A DNA stretch of 44,242 bases from Candidatus Woesearchaeota archaeon (GTDB taxonomy: Archaea > Nanobdellota > Nanobdellia > Woesearchaeales > UBA12501), in assembly GCA_016177345.1 (NCBI GenBank), contig JACOVM010000077.1, forward strand, positions 1 through 44,242. Reading direction: 5' to 3'. Shown piece by piece: positions 1 through 9,279 of this stretch. The notes under the pieces are model-generated. The model saw nothing but the letters and a program-made list of their open reading frames with translations. It searched no databases and had not been told where the DNA came from. Each line of letters opens with the position of its first letter. Position 1 is the first letter of the stretch. A program made the position numbers and the translations under genes.

Positions 1-443
1 ACATTAATTTTTGAATGTATCTCTTCTATTGCTTTCTTAACACTTCTACTTTTAGTTTCTATATAAATATCTATGTCACTATCTTTTTCAGCCAGCCCTT
101 TTGCATAAGAGCCGAAAAGGATAATCAGCTTTTCATCGGTTTTCTTGAGAATCTCCTCAAAAATAATAATTAATTCTGGATTATCACGCAATAATTTAGT
201 TAGCTTATGCAGCTCTGCCTTTAAGACGTACGTACGTGAGCGGATATCCTGCTTTAGGTAAAAGATTTTATTCTTTCCCTCTGTTCTGGAATCAATTGCC
301 TTATTTTTTTTAAGGTCATTTAATTTTCTTAAAACAGTAGAATGGGGCTCGTTGAGCTGTTTAGCAATACCCCTAACGTGATTATCTGACCTCAACAATA
401 ATTCGATAATGTCCAGCTCAAGATTGATCCTTTTTTGAACCAT
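1..443 (-). CDS. HTH + minimal nucleotidyltransferase (MNT) domain protein, 3'-truncated by the window edge
   Basis: Not in the ORF track. My translation from ATG 443: MVQKRINLELDIIELLLRSDNHVRGIAKQLNEPHSTVLRKLNDL (HTH) ... IILFGSYAKGLAEKDSDIDIYIE (Pol-beta-type GS..DxD motif). The frame stays open to base 1. Confidence 0.85.
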   Translation of the reverse strand, partial: MVQKRINLELDIIELLLRSDNHVRGIAKQLNEPHSTVLRKLNDLKKNKAIDSRTEGKNKIFYLKQDIRSRTYVLKAELHKLTKLLRDNPELIIIFEEILKKTDEKLIILFGSYAKGLAEKDSDIDIYIETKSRSVKKAIEEIHSKIN

Positions 444-474
444 ATGTATCAAATATGAACCAGATATATAAAAA
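444..474 (-). promoter_or_regulatory. Archaeal TATA promoter, probably leaderless, with a possible autoregulatory operator
   Basis: Minus strand reads TTTTTATATATC-TGGTTCATATTTGATAC-AT-ATG-GTTCAAAA. The TATA lies ~25 nt before the ATG and TGGTTCA occurs twice, the second copy over the start codon. Confidence 0.5.
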
Positions 475-690
475 GGTTTCTGTTTTGAACGAGCTGGCCC
501 CTGAGGCTTGCCTGGTAAAGCGGACATTGTTCATAGTGGTTCCCCATTGAAAAAAAAGCATCAAAAATTCAGCTGTAGTGCGCTATTGGCTGCAAGGCAT
601 ATGCCCCTTTTTTGGCTTCATTGCCTCATTTTTTGAACGTTGTTTTCTGCCAACCCCGAATTTTGGCTTGCGGAAAAGCTTTGCAGAAAA

Positions 691-703
691 CAAAGTTTAT
701 AAA
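691..703 (+). promoter_or_regulatory. BRE/TATA box of the giant surface protein gene
   Basis: Purine-rich CAAAG followed by TTTATAAA (696-703), ~28 nt upstream of the in-frame GTG at 731. Confidence 0.55.
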
Positions 704-730
704 CACGCCACTCCTGAATCAGCCTTAACG

Positions 731-3700
731 GTGAATCCATTGACGGCACACCATCAAAAGAGGCTGATCGTTGTACTTCTGAGTATGATCCTCCTTCTAC
801 CTATTGGTTTGGCAACGATTCAAGAAGAGCATGCCGAATTAAGAGGCGATACTGACTATTGGGTGCCTGGTGCGTATGCGGATGCGGTGAGTATATATTA
901 TGATGTTGATAGTTCTGGTTCGATCAGAATAGGGGGAACCTGCACTGATGATGCAGATTGTACAGGGGGAACGTGCATTGCGGGAGCATGTGATTATGCT
1001 GGTTCACCTCTTGCGAATCCCTCAACGCCACGAAGAGTAAGGCAATGCCTATTACAACAAAGAGAGGTAGTGGGAGTTCAAGACCATCGAGAATGTTTTG
1101 TTGGTCTTGATTCGTATGACTATGACAGTCTCTTCATCAGCAGGCCGCCAGGCTGTCTTTTTTCTGCTTATACCACCAATTCAGATAGTGGTGTGTATTA
1201 TTATAGCACAGCGGCAAGTGGCATTCTTCAAGAAGGAACAGTTCTCCATCAGTCCAGCAATAATGCTGAACTATTAGATTTTGTGACAAGTGACTCTCGT
1301 GCTTCTGCTAGTGATTCCAATAATAATAACGGGCAAGACGCAAACCTTCTCTTAGAGTTCGCAAAAAAGTATAGCCCACGGCGAAATAAGGCTTCAGTGG
1401 ATAATGGAAGCAGTACTATCGCTAGAATGGGGGAACTGCTTTGTTATGCTGAGCAATGGATTATTTGCGATGTAACTGATGATTTTTATGAGTTTGGAAG
1501 TGGTAGAAACGGCTCTGGTGACATTTATGAACGCTATCCTGATGGCACCTGGATAACCCATGAAGGCCGCCTCTATCGCTATCCAGTAATCACAGAATCA
1601 GGAGTAAGAGTTTGCAGCTCTGGAGAATGGAGGACGAGAGGAGAAGTTATCGCAGCGCTTCCTGATCATACAGAAGAGTGTGAGACGAATTTTGATTGTG
1701 ACGACAAATTCGGTACACCCTTTCGTGAATATACTTGTCATGCAGGAGTATGCCTCCATACTGGACAAAGATATTGTGGTAGTGATGATGATTGCGATGT
1801 ATACGGCACGATCTGTGATGAAACACAACACACCTGCAGGGTTGACCGTGACAAGGATGGCTATAACGAGATCAATATCTTCACTGGAGAGCAAGTTGAC
1901 TGCGAGCCATCGAGCCTTGACGAGGCTGGAACATACATTGATGAAACTTCACAGGATGTGTGCAATAACGTTGATGGCAGCGGATTATCCAAATGCACTG
2001 AAAATCCTGAAGTATACGGCGGCTGCGCAAGATGCGTCAATCCTGGTGCTGAAGAATTTATAGGGGATAATGTTGACAATGATTGTGATGGAATCACTGA
2101 TGGGCGTATCGTCACGTTGGACATAGAATTGTACGATGCTGATGATGATAAGTACCTTTCCCATTTGCCACCTGGCTTTGCAAGCCTCGCTGACTTTAAT
2201 GATGTTCTTCCCGACGAGACGCAGTTCTTAGGAATAAATGACTGTAGAGACAAGGATCATGAGCTTGAGGACTTATCAGAAGAAACTATCTCCTCATTTT
2301 ATGCCATCCATCCCGGAGTCACCACAGAAGCCCAAATCCTCTCCGCCATCAATCCCGGCGCTGCAGAAATATGTGATAGCGTTGACAATAATTGCGATGG
2401 AACCATAGACCCGAGTGATTGTGATCCTGATACTTCTTCAGTGTTGTGTGAGCTGGATGGTGGAACGTGGATTGCTTCAGAAACTGGCGGAGGGGGAGGC
2501 TGCTGTGGAGATGACTTTCCTGTACGGCTTGAAACATTTATTGCTGCCGACGCCACTACAGAGTACAGCGCGTGCCTCAATTCAGTGCCAGTAAAAAATG
2601 ATGCAACCGGCGGCAGGCATATTATCTATCCCGGAATGGAAGAGGATGCGCCTGACTTCTGGGATGGGCCGGTGCGGCCTGCCGAGGATGGCATAGCAGA
2701 TAGCGTCGTGATAGAGATAGCAGGCAGCGAGTATAGCACAATAGACACTATTCATGTTCCTGTTCCTAGCTATCTTCATGGAAAGCGATTGCGATTCACC
2801 GCGGAAGCAGAGGTTTCTTCCAGCCTGCCAATAGGGGGAGAGATCAGCTTCATCCAAACAGAATATAGCAGTGGTACTGGAACAGATACACCATTGTCCG
2901 AAGAAATCCCCTTGTACGTCACAAGAGGAAGCTATCAGCAAGTTATGGCAGAGGTAACCATTGGAACTGTTCCTTCTGCTGGAGCAATGCCGCCACGGCG
3001 AGAAGTGAGGATCAGCGTGCATCGACCAGATGTATCCAGCGTGATCAAGCTCCGCAACATCAAACTATTCTATGAAGAGGAAGCAAAGGTCTTGCTGTTC
3101 AACAACGATTTTTACGCCTGCCAGGCAACACCGTTTATTGAAGATTTGAAAATGACCAATAACAATGGCAATCTCTTATCAGAAGATGCTGTTGCGGAAG
3201 AGAATTTTATGGGCGAGTGCGCCAACATTGGAAGCTGGTACTGCTCCCTTCATGATAATCCTGAACGAGCATTGTGGGACTTGCAGAATCCTTTGGCAGC
3301 AGAGCCATGGGACACGCCGAAATACATTCCTGCAGAGGAAGACGATGCATTATATAGAATCGAAGGCCCGACAAAGGGATGCTGTGCAGAATCACAGTGC
3401 TGGACTGGAATGACGTGCAATCCATCGGATGCAGAAAGCCCTGCGCGCGTGACTGGCCTGAGCTTGCTGAATGGCAACAAGTACATCTGCGACGCTGGGG
3501 TAGAGAAAACAGACTTTGCAGTCTGGAAGCCGGCAGTTGAAAAAACTGACCAGTTCGGCAATCCTGGAGGAACGTGCAGCTGGGACATGTGCTACTACAA
3601 TGCAGGGCTTCTATCGTCAAAAACTGATGACACATGCGTCAGGCATGGCTTCTTTCCGCCAGATGATGCACACAAGCCAGATGCATACTGCAATCAGGGA

Positions 3701-5692
3701 GAATGGCGGAGCAGGACGATGTTGCTGGCAGAACAATTGCTCGATCTCGATTACACCAGTGTAAAGAACGACGTTTATGCCCTTCATTGCGGCAAGCCAG
3801 ACAAGGTGTTGCTGGAGAATATTCCTGCGTTTTATCGTGAAGGGTGTGATAGCCATTCTTGCGTCGAGAGCGTGTGTGTGATGCAAAGCATGGGGCATAC
3901 GGTCATGGGCTTCGTACTTAATAATCCTATTGACGCATCACGAGAGGTGTCTCCAACAAAATTTGAAAAGTCCTTTATCCAAGCGCTGAACAAGGATGAG
4001 TTCGAAACAACAAGCAATCCTGCTGTTGTCGGCAATACTCACTTTAATTATTGCGATGACGCTATCGTTGGAGGCGACAAGTATTCGAGATGCAGTGGAA
4101 ACAGCCAGCTCTGGCTGAATCCGACAACAAACACGCTCTTGTATAGCGAAAAGAATTTTGGCTTTGATTCAGGTACTTTTGACTGGTTCCTCGGCTTTTT
4201 AAGAATTGGAATAAGCAGCCTCGAAGCAAAATCTTTTGTTCGAGAACAGCAAACCAGCGTGAAAGAGCTGTATCTGAGCAGCAGTTCCAATGACCAGAGC
4301 ATTTATGGAATTATCCATACCGCAGCAGGGCCGGAACGAATGGTGGTTGACTTTAACAATATCAAATTTAACGTGTGCGACAAGCTGAAGGATCATGCTG
4401 GGCTAACGTGCACGCCATACGCTTCCCTTGGCAAGTGGAAGTTTAAGGTAGAGAGCGACACGGACTTCAGCTTGTGGAAAGATCTCACGTCAAAAACACG
4501 AATGCCGCTTACCGTTGGACATCCAGATAGCCGTCCTCCTGCACCAACAGGAATGGCAGTTCTCACTACTGCTTCCAGCTCCTTGGGGGGATTGTTTGGC
4601 TCAACGCTCAGCGTAGTTACTGGAGCAGTAACCTCAACTATTTCAAAAACAGCGCTGTTTTCCAGAGAAAGCACAACCATCCATCTTGATTTTGACGATA
4701 GCGAAAAAGATTATGAAGCGTACACTATTAACTTTGGTGATGGAATATTGAAGAGCTCAACAAATTATAATGATCTCCAAGAGGTAACTCACACGTACAC
4801 GCTTCCTGAAGGGGTAACAGAACCAGAAACATACGACCTAAACGTGTACGTGTTAGTTGAGGACCAAACAAACCCAGCAGACCCTATCAGTGCAAAACGC
4901 TTGGCAAGTGGAGACGATATTGATGTACAGCCTCATCCGTACGACATCGACCATGACGGTGATGGGCAGACAATTAATGAGGGGGACGCGTGTGATGCTA
5001 TTCCAGAACGGCAAGCATGTGCGAGTGACACTGATTGTGGCAGTGGGCTTCGATGCATTGAAGGATTATGCGGAGGAGTGCCGACGATTTCACTAAGCTT
5101 GTTTATAGAAATTCCTTGTTTTGGAAGCGACTGCCCTCCACCCCCCATGACTATATCAAGCCCAACCATTCAACAAGCAAGGCCTATCCCGAATGAGTAT
5201 ACCTGTTATGGATTCGGAACAAGTCCACCGCTGGAGATTAGAAATATTCCGGAAGGAACTGAGAACATTTATGTCCTGATTACTTCATCAGGAAGAGGAA
5301 TTATTTATTCATATTGGGCAATTCAGATTCCTGTTTCTGGAATTAGCTCAGTAACTATCCCTGAAGGGGGTATACCAGATGGTGCTACTATCCGCTCTTC
5401 TTACACCCCTATCTGTCCCCGTTCAAGTGTTACCCTGGTTGATTTCACAGTACTGGCAGCAGACGATAGTGATGAACTTGGTCGAGCAAGCTTTTCGGCA
5501 TACGCCCCCGGCACTGGCGCCCCAATAGTATCTCCAGAAAAGAAAAGCACATGGTTCCTCGAGTGGTGCAATGATGGGTTGGATAACAACTGCAATGGGG
5601 TTGATGATGAGGCTAGCTGTGTTGAAAAGCCGCAGCGGCCTGACGTAGATGACAGTGATGAGTGGGAAAAAGGAACTGTTTTTCCTTCATAA
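731..5692 (+). CDS. Giant secreted Cys-rich surface protein with putative metal-binding (MopE-like, DxDxDG..C..NPGA.E.CD..DNxCDG) repeats, a PKD-like domain and a YbhB/YbcL-like domain
   Basis: ORF 578-5692; start moved to GTG 731, which precedes a signal peptide (QKRLIVVLLSMILLLPIGLA). Motifs: VNPGAEEFIGDNVDNDCDG, INPGAAEICDSVDNNCDG, EWCNDGLDNNCNG, YTINFGDG..VTHTY (PKD-like), IPNEYTC.G...SPPLEIRNIPEGT..Y.PICP (YbhB-like). Confidence 0.8.
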   Translation: MNPLTAHHQKRLIVVLLSMILLLPIGLATIQEEHAELRGDTDYWVPGAYADAVSIYYDVDSSGSIRIGGTCTDDADCTGGTCIAGACDYAGSPLANPSTPRRVRQCLLQQREVVGVQDHRECFVGLDSYDYDSLFISRPPGCLFSAYTTNSDSGVYYYSTAASGILQEGTVLHQSSNNAELLDFVTSDSRASASDSNNNNGQDANLLLEFAKKYSPRRNKASVDNGSSTIARMGELLCYAEQWIICDVTDDFYEFGSGRNGSGDIYERYPDGTWITHEGRLYRYPVITESGVRVCSSGEWRTRGEVIAALPDHTEECETNFDCDDKFGTPFREYTCHAGVCLHTGQRYCGSDDDCDVYGTICDETQHTCRVDRDKDGYNEINIFTGEQVDCEPSSLDEAGTYIDETSQDVCNNVDGSGLSKCTENPEVYGGCARCVNPGAEEFIGDNVDNDCDGITDGRIVTLDIELYDADDDKYLSHLPPGFASLADFNDVLPDETQFLGINDCRDKDHELEDLSEETISSFYAIHPGVTTEAQILSAINPGAAEICDSVDNNCDGTIDPSDCDPDTSSVLCELDGGTWIASETGGGGGCCGDDFPVRLETFIAADATTEYSACLNSVPVKNDATGGRHIIYPGMEEDAPDFWDGPVRPAEDGIADSVVIEIAGSEYSTIDTIHVPVPSYLHGKRLRFTAEAEVSSSLPIGGEISFIQTEYSSGTGTDTPLSEEIPLYVTRGSYQQVMAEVTIGTVPSAGAMPPRREVRISVHRPDVSSVIKLRNIKLFYEEEAKVLLFNNDFYACQATPFIEDLKMTNNNGNLLSEDAVAEENFMGECANIGSWYCSLHDNPERALWDLQNPLAAEPWDTPKYIPAEEDDALYRIEGPTKGCCAESQCWTGMTCNPSDAESPARVTGLSLLNGNKYICDAGVEKTDFAVWKPAVEKTDQFGNPGGTCSWDMCYYNAGLLSSKTDDTCVRHGFFPPDDAHKPDAYCNQGEWRSRTMLLAEQLLDLDYTSVKNDVYALHCGKPDKVLLENIPAFYREGCDSHSCVESVCVMQSMGHTVMGFVLNNPIDASREVSPTKFEKSFIQALNKDEFETTSNPAVVGNTHFNYCDDAIVGGDKYSRCSGNSQLWLNPTTNTLLYSEKNFGFDSGTFDWFLGFLRIGISSLEAKSFVREQQTSVKELYLSSSSNDQSIYGIIHTAAGPERMVVDFNNIKFNVCDKLKDHAGLTCTPYASLGKWKFKVESDTDFSLWKDLTSKTRMPLTVGHPDSRPPAPTGMAVLTTASSSLGGLFGSTLSVVTGAVTSTISKTALFSRESTTIHLDFDDSEKDYEAYTINFGDGILKSSTNYNDLQEVTHTYTLPEGVTEPETYDLNVYVLVEDQTNPADPISAKRLASGDDIDVQPHPYDIDHDGDGQTINEGDACDAIPERQACASDTDCGSGLRCIEGLCGGVPTISLSLFIEIPCFGSDCPPPPMTISSPTIQQARPIPNEYTCYGFGTSPPLEIRNIPEGTENIYVLITSSGRGIIYSYWAIQIPVSGISSVTIPEGGIPDGATIRSSYTPICPRSSVTLVDFTVLAADDSDELGRASFSAYAPGTGAPIVSPEKKSTWFLEWCNDGLDNNCNGVDDEASCVEKPQRPDVDDSDEWEKGTVFPS

Positions 5693-5723
5693 TGCCCTTG
5701 TACAAACCATTTTCACATGATCC

Positions 5724-8060
5724 ATGATTCGTTCAAAAGCACAATTAACCGGATTTATCCTGCTCGCCGTAGTTCTCCTGGTGCTCATCACAACGCTAGT
5801 CGTTCTCTCGAAAGCCTCAGAGATGAAAGAGCTAGAAAAAAAAGCTCACCGGATTCAGGAGCAGCTGAAGCAAACAGGAACAGTCAACACGTACATCACC
5901 AGATGCCTTCAGCAAAGTGTTGAGCAGCCTCTTCTAAAAATTCTTCGCCAGGGAGGAGAGTTTGCGCCTGTAGCAGGAATGTTAAGAACGAACTCGACGC
6001 TTCTTACAGTAGGAATCGAGCAGGCGCAGCAAGATTTCCCGCCAGAATATCCAATACCAAAAACACCTTTGGATGATCTTCCAGCGTACCCATTCGGCAA
6101 GCCAAGCTTGCCTCCCTTGTGCGAGATTGGGGGGGCGAATGATCTTTCACTGCACGAGTTCGCGTATCCCTGCCCAACAGGATCATACGGCACGGCATCG
6201 ATTCAAGCACAGCTCGAAGCCTACTCAGCACGAATGCTCACGGAATGCGCCAACACGAGCATGATGCAGGAACTATCCCAATCCGTTATTAAAACAGAAG
6301 AGCCTAAGGTAGAAATTGTTCTCGGAAAGAATGATATTACTGCGATCGCCCACTACCCTATTGTTATTGACATTGATGGAAAAGAAGTAACGAGGCTGAT
6401 GGACTTTGAGATCGTGCTTCCCATACGCCTGAAAAGGATGTATGCCGTGGCAGCGTTTGCGGCAAGAACAGACAGCCTGCTGCTCGGCTTTTCTCCAGCT
6501 ATGATTGGAACAAATAGCTCTTACAAGATCGAGGATTTTGATGACCACATGGACGTGAAAGGAAAAGAGATCGAGAACGGAACAATAATCCAGCTTACCG
6601 ACCGCCTCTCTGGTATCCAAGGCAAGCCGGTCGTCTTCCAATTCGGCAGAGAAAACAGGAGGCCTGCGCTGGACTACATTCACCACAACGAAGATGAAGA
6701 ATATGACATTCGAGTGGAAGAAGGCGAGATGGTTAGAATCAATGTCCGGGCAATTGATCCTGATGAGCTGAATCATCTTCTTCGGTATACCATAACCTTA
6801 AACAATGTTGAAGCGGTTGTGCCTCCGGGAGTGCACGAATTCGAGTTTCCACCAGGGATTCATGAAATGAGGGTAGAAGTGTGCGACAAGGGAGGATTGT
6901 GCGACTGGCAGGACATCAAGATTTTAGTGAGTGTTGTTGAGCTTGGCGCGAGCGGCAGCTCAAGCAGTGGAATTGGCTCATCAACACCGAGTACAGGGCC
7001 AGGTCCGTCTGGAACAGGAAATGGGTCTGGAAGGCCAGCCCCAACACGTCCATCAACGATATTAACCTCAACGAGCACATTGTATGGTGATTACAAATTC
7101 ATCACCAGGCAAGCTGCAACGCTAGCGTCGAGAACCGATGCCATCCTCCTTCATGCAAGGCCAATAACGAAGGAGGGTTTGGAGGATCTCTCCTCAGCTA
7201 TTTCTCCATTCAGCGATGAAGCAAACGATATCTTCAAGCTTGAAATAGAAGAAGAATGCTTCGAAGGCAGCTGCGCAAGATCTTACAAAATTAGCACGGC
7301 AAAGGCATGCACTGACAAATCAGGATCAGAGACAGAGCGGTGCAGCGCATCAAAAGGCCAATATGCCTCAACAGAAACTCTCACGTGCGTGAACGCGCTA
7401 GCATCAACGACGATAGAAAAGCAGCAGGGAAACAGCACTGGAATCTGCAATCCGAGCGCTGCGCCAAGTAGCCCAACTGGAAATTACGATAGTGGCGGGC
7501 CGTACCAGTGCAAGGCAACATGTAACTCCTTTGGAAGGTGCTTAAAGCCAGTAGAATGCTCCTGCGCTTCCGGTGGAGAATATACCGGAGATGCAGCATG
7601 CAACAATATTCCCTTTTCCTCATTTGCAGCGAGCAATTTCGTGTTTGGAACAGGGGGAACTGTTTGTAATGCCCAATGCAAGGTTGTCAGCCTTGATGGT
7701 AGTGAAGAAGCGTGTGAGTTTGCAAAAGGCCCTGGTGCATACTCTGCAGGAAGATGCTGCCGCGGCTGCGTTACCGGCTCAGGAGAATGCATTGACAAAG
7801 AACGGATCAGCACAGACAAAACAGGGTTTTGCTCAAGAGCAGCAGAACTGCTGGCGTGCAACTCATTGCGATTCTGCACGAGCCAGCCATCGAATCAGGA
7901 ACGCACTGACTCTGGATATGTATATTGCGGAAATAGCGGTGGAGGCAGCTCAGGCTTCGCCTGGCAGGCTACGCCAGCTGGGCTTGGCGGCGCGTGCAGC
8001 ACTGGCGGCTTCTGTCGAGAAAATACTGCTATTGCCCAAGGGTATTATGCCTGCCAGTGA
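5724..8060 (+). CDS. Large pilin-like protein (class III signal peptide) with Ig-like domain, Ser/Gly/Pro linker and Cys-rich C-terminus
   Basis: MIRSKA|QLTGFILLAVVLLVLITTLVV; YITRCL..ILRQGG; linker GASGSSSSGIGSSTPSTGPGPSGTG; dense Cys in the last ~270 aa. Confidence 0.8.
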   Translation: MIRSKAQLTGFILLAVVLLVLITTLVVLSKASEMKELEKKAHRIQEQLKQTGTVNTYITRCLQQSVEQPLLKILRQGGEFAPVAGMLRTNSTLLTVGIEQAQQDFPPEYPIPKTPLDDLPAYPFGKPSLPPLCEIGGANDLSLHEFAYPCPTGSYGTASIQAQLEAYSARMLTECANTSMMQELSQSVIKTEEPKVEIVLGKNDITAIAHYPIVIDIDGKEVTRLMDFEIVLPIRLKRMYAVAAFAARTDSLLLGFSPAMIGTNSSYKIEDFDDHMDVKGKEIENGTIIQLTDRLSGIQGKPVVFQFGRENRRPALDYIHHNEDEEYDIRVEEGEMVRINVRAIDPDELNHLLRYTITLNNVEAVVPPGVHEFEFPPGIHEMRVEVCDKGGLCDWQDIKILVSVVELGASGSSSSGIGSSTPSTGPGPSGTGNGSGRPAPTRPSTILTSTSTLYGDYKFITRQAATLASRTDAILLHARPITKEGLEDLSSAISPFSDEANDIFKLEIEEECFEGSCARSYKISTAKACTDKSGSETERCSASKGQYASTETLTCVNALASTTIEKQQGNSTGICNPSAAPSSPTGNYDSGGPYQCKATCNSFGRCLKPVECSCASGGEYTGDAACNNIPFSSFAASNFVFGTGGTVCNAQCKVVSLDGSEEACEFAKGPGAYSAGRCCRGCVTGSGECIDKERISTDKTGFCSRAAELLACNSLRFCTSQPSNQERTDSGYVYCGNSGGGSSGFAWQATPAGLGGACSTGGFCRENTAIAQGYYACQ

Positions 8061-8140
8061 CCATCAAGAGCCTTTTGGACAAAAGCATAGATGGTTCTTA
8101 AAAAATTCATTTGGTTACATATATCACCATTTGGTTTTAG

Positions 8141-8153
8141 AAAAATTTATATA
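8141..8153 (+). promoter_or_regulatory. TATA promoter of the MNT-HEPN operon
   Basis: AAAAA-TTTATATA (TATA 8146-8153), ~23 nt before ATG 8176. Confidence 0.55.
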
Positions 8154-8175
8154 GTTGCTATTGTTACCATCCAAT

Positions 8176-8754
8176 ATGGCAAGGCTCATGAAAAAACAAG
8201 GGCAAATCAGCCTTCAAGAGGCATACCAAAAGGCCATGCTATGGTTTTTTGCCTTCCCCGACCAAACCATGAGCCTTAGTGATCTTGCAGCAAAGCTCAA
8301 CATCTCAAAAACGACAGCCAACCATGCTGTTGCCAAACTAAAGGGGGAAGGCTTTCTCGAGGTAAAGGAATTTGGGAGGGCATGGGGCATTACCTGCAGA
8401 AAAGGCCATGCCTACCATTATTCAAAAAAAATAGCATATAACCTCCTGCTTGTCTATGCATCCTCAATAGTAGAAGAAGTAAAGCGAGCTGTCCAAAATC
8501 CCTTGTCCATTGCTCTATTTGGCAGCTACAGAAAGGGAGATGATAACGAGCATAGTGATATTGACATTGCGGTAGAAGTGTTGGGCAGCAAAGAATTAGA
8601 GATCATTGAGCTCGGCACCTTTCCCCTATTTGGGTATAGAAAAAATGTGAAGCTCAACCTCCATGTTTTCTCTAGAAAAAAAGTAGATAGCAATCTTTTT
8701 GCAAATATCGCCAATGGCATTGTGCTTGATGGCTTTCTTGAGGCTAAGCCATGA
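8176..8754 (+). CDS. HTH + MNT nucleotidyltransferase (putative antitoxin)
   Basis: SLSDLAAKLNISKTTANHAVAKL (HTH); LFGSYRKGDDNEHSDIDIAVE (MNT motif). ATG 8176 preferred over TTG 8155 because of the TATA spacing. Confidence 0.85.
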   Translation: MARLMKKQGQISLQEAYQKAMLWFFAFPDQTMSLSDLAAKLNISKTTANHAVAKLKGEGFLEVKEFGRAWGITCRKGHAYHYSKKIAYNLLLVYASSIVEEVKRAVQNPLSIALFGSYRKGDDNEHSDIDIAVEVLGSKELEIIELGTFPLFGYRKNVKLNLHVFSRKKVDSNLFANIANGIVLDGFLEAKP

Positions 8755-9152
8755 TCCGTCAGAAAGTACCTGACAAAAAGAACGCACTCAGCATCATTGA
8801 GGCAGCAGAACATGACATGAGATTCACCCTCACGCTTCCAGCGACGGAAGCTGCTGGCCCAACTCTCGTCAGAAACATCTACGAAAGCTTTAGGATGCTT
8901 GGAGATGCACTTCTCATCGCAAGAGGAATCAAGGCTGAGGATCATGTCACCCCAATACAAGAGCTGATAGCATTGCCGGTGAAAACAGAGCGCCCATTGC
9001 AAGTTATTGACCGGCTAAGAACGCTGCGGCACAACATTAATTATTATGGCTACAGGCCAACGCAAGAAGAGGTTGAAGAAGCGATTTCCATAACAAACAT
9101 GTGTTTTCACCAACTCCTTCATGCGGTGAAAAGAAAGGTAAATGAAAAGTAG
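8751..9152 (+). CDS. HEPN-domain protein (putative RNase toxin)
   Basis: 133 aa, helical; ATGA overlap with the MNT gene; YESFRMLGDALL..G...DH and DRLRTLRHNINYYG fit the HEPN R-x-H region. Confidence 0.7.
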   Translation: MIRQKVPDKKNALSIIEAAEHDMRFTLTLPATEAAGPTLVRNIYESFRMLGDALLIARGIKAEDHVTPIQELIALPVKTERPLQVIDRLRTLRHNINYYGYRPTQEEVEEAISITNMCFHQLLHAVKRKVNEK

Positions 9153-9206
9153 TGAAGAAAAAAGCAGTAAGCCTGGTTACACCATTCCATCAATCCAACA
9201 ACAACC

Positions 9207-9279
9207 TTTATAAATGCAGGTTGCTGGAAAATAGCTGGGTATACTGGATTTTAAGAGAGATACGTATCGTGGTGAATCA
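9207..9279 (+). promoter_or_regulatory. TATA box and RBS of the 1959-aa gene
   Basis: TTTATAAA at 9207-9214; GGTGA at 9271-9275 before ATG 9280. Confidence 0.5.

Noticed and set aside
578..730. N-terminal extension of the 1704-aa ORF from GTG 578
   Set aside because: It contains a TATA box (696-703) and precedes the signal peptide; the start at 731 or later is more plausible.
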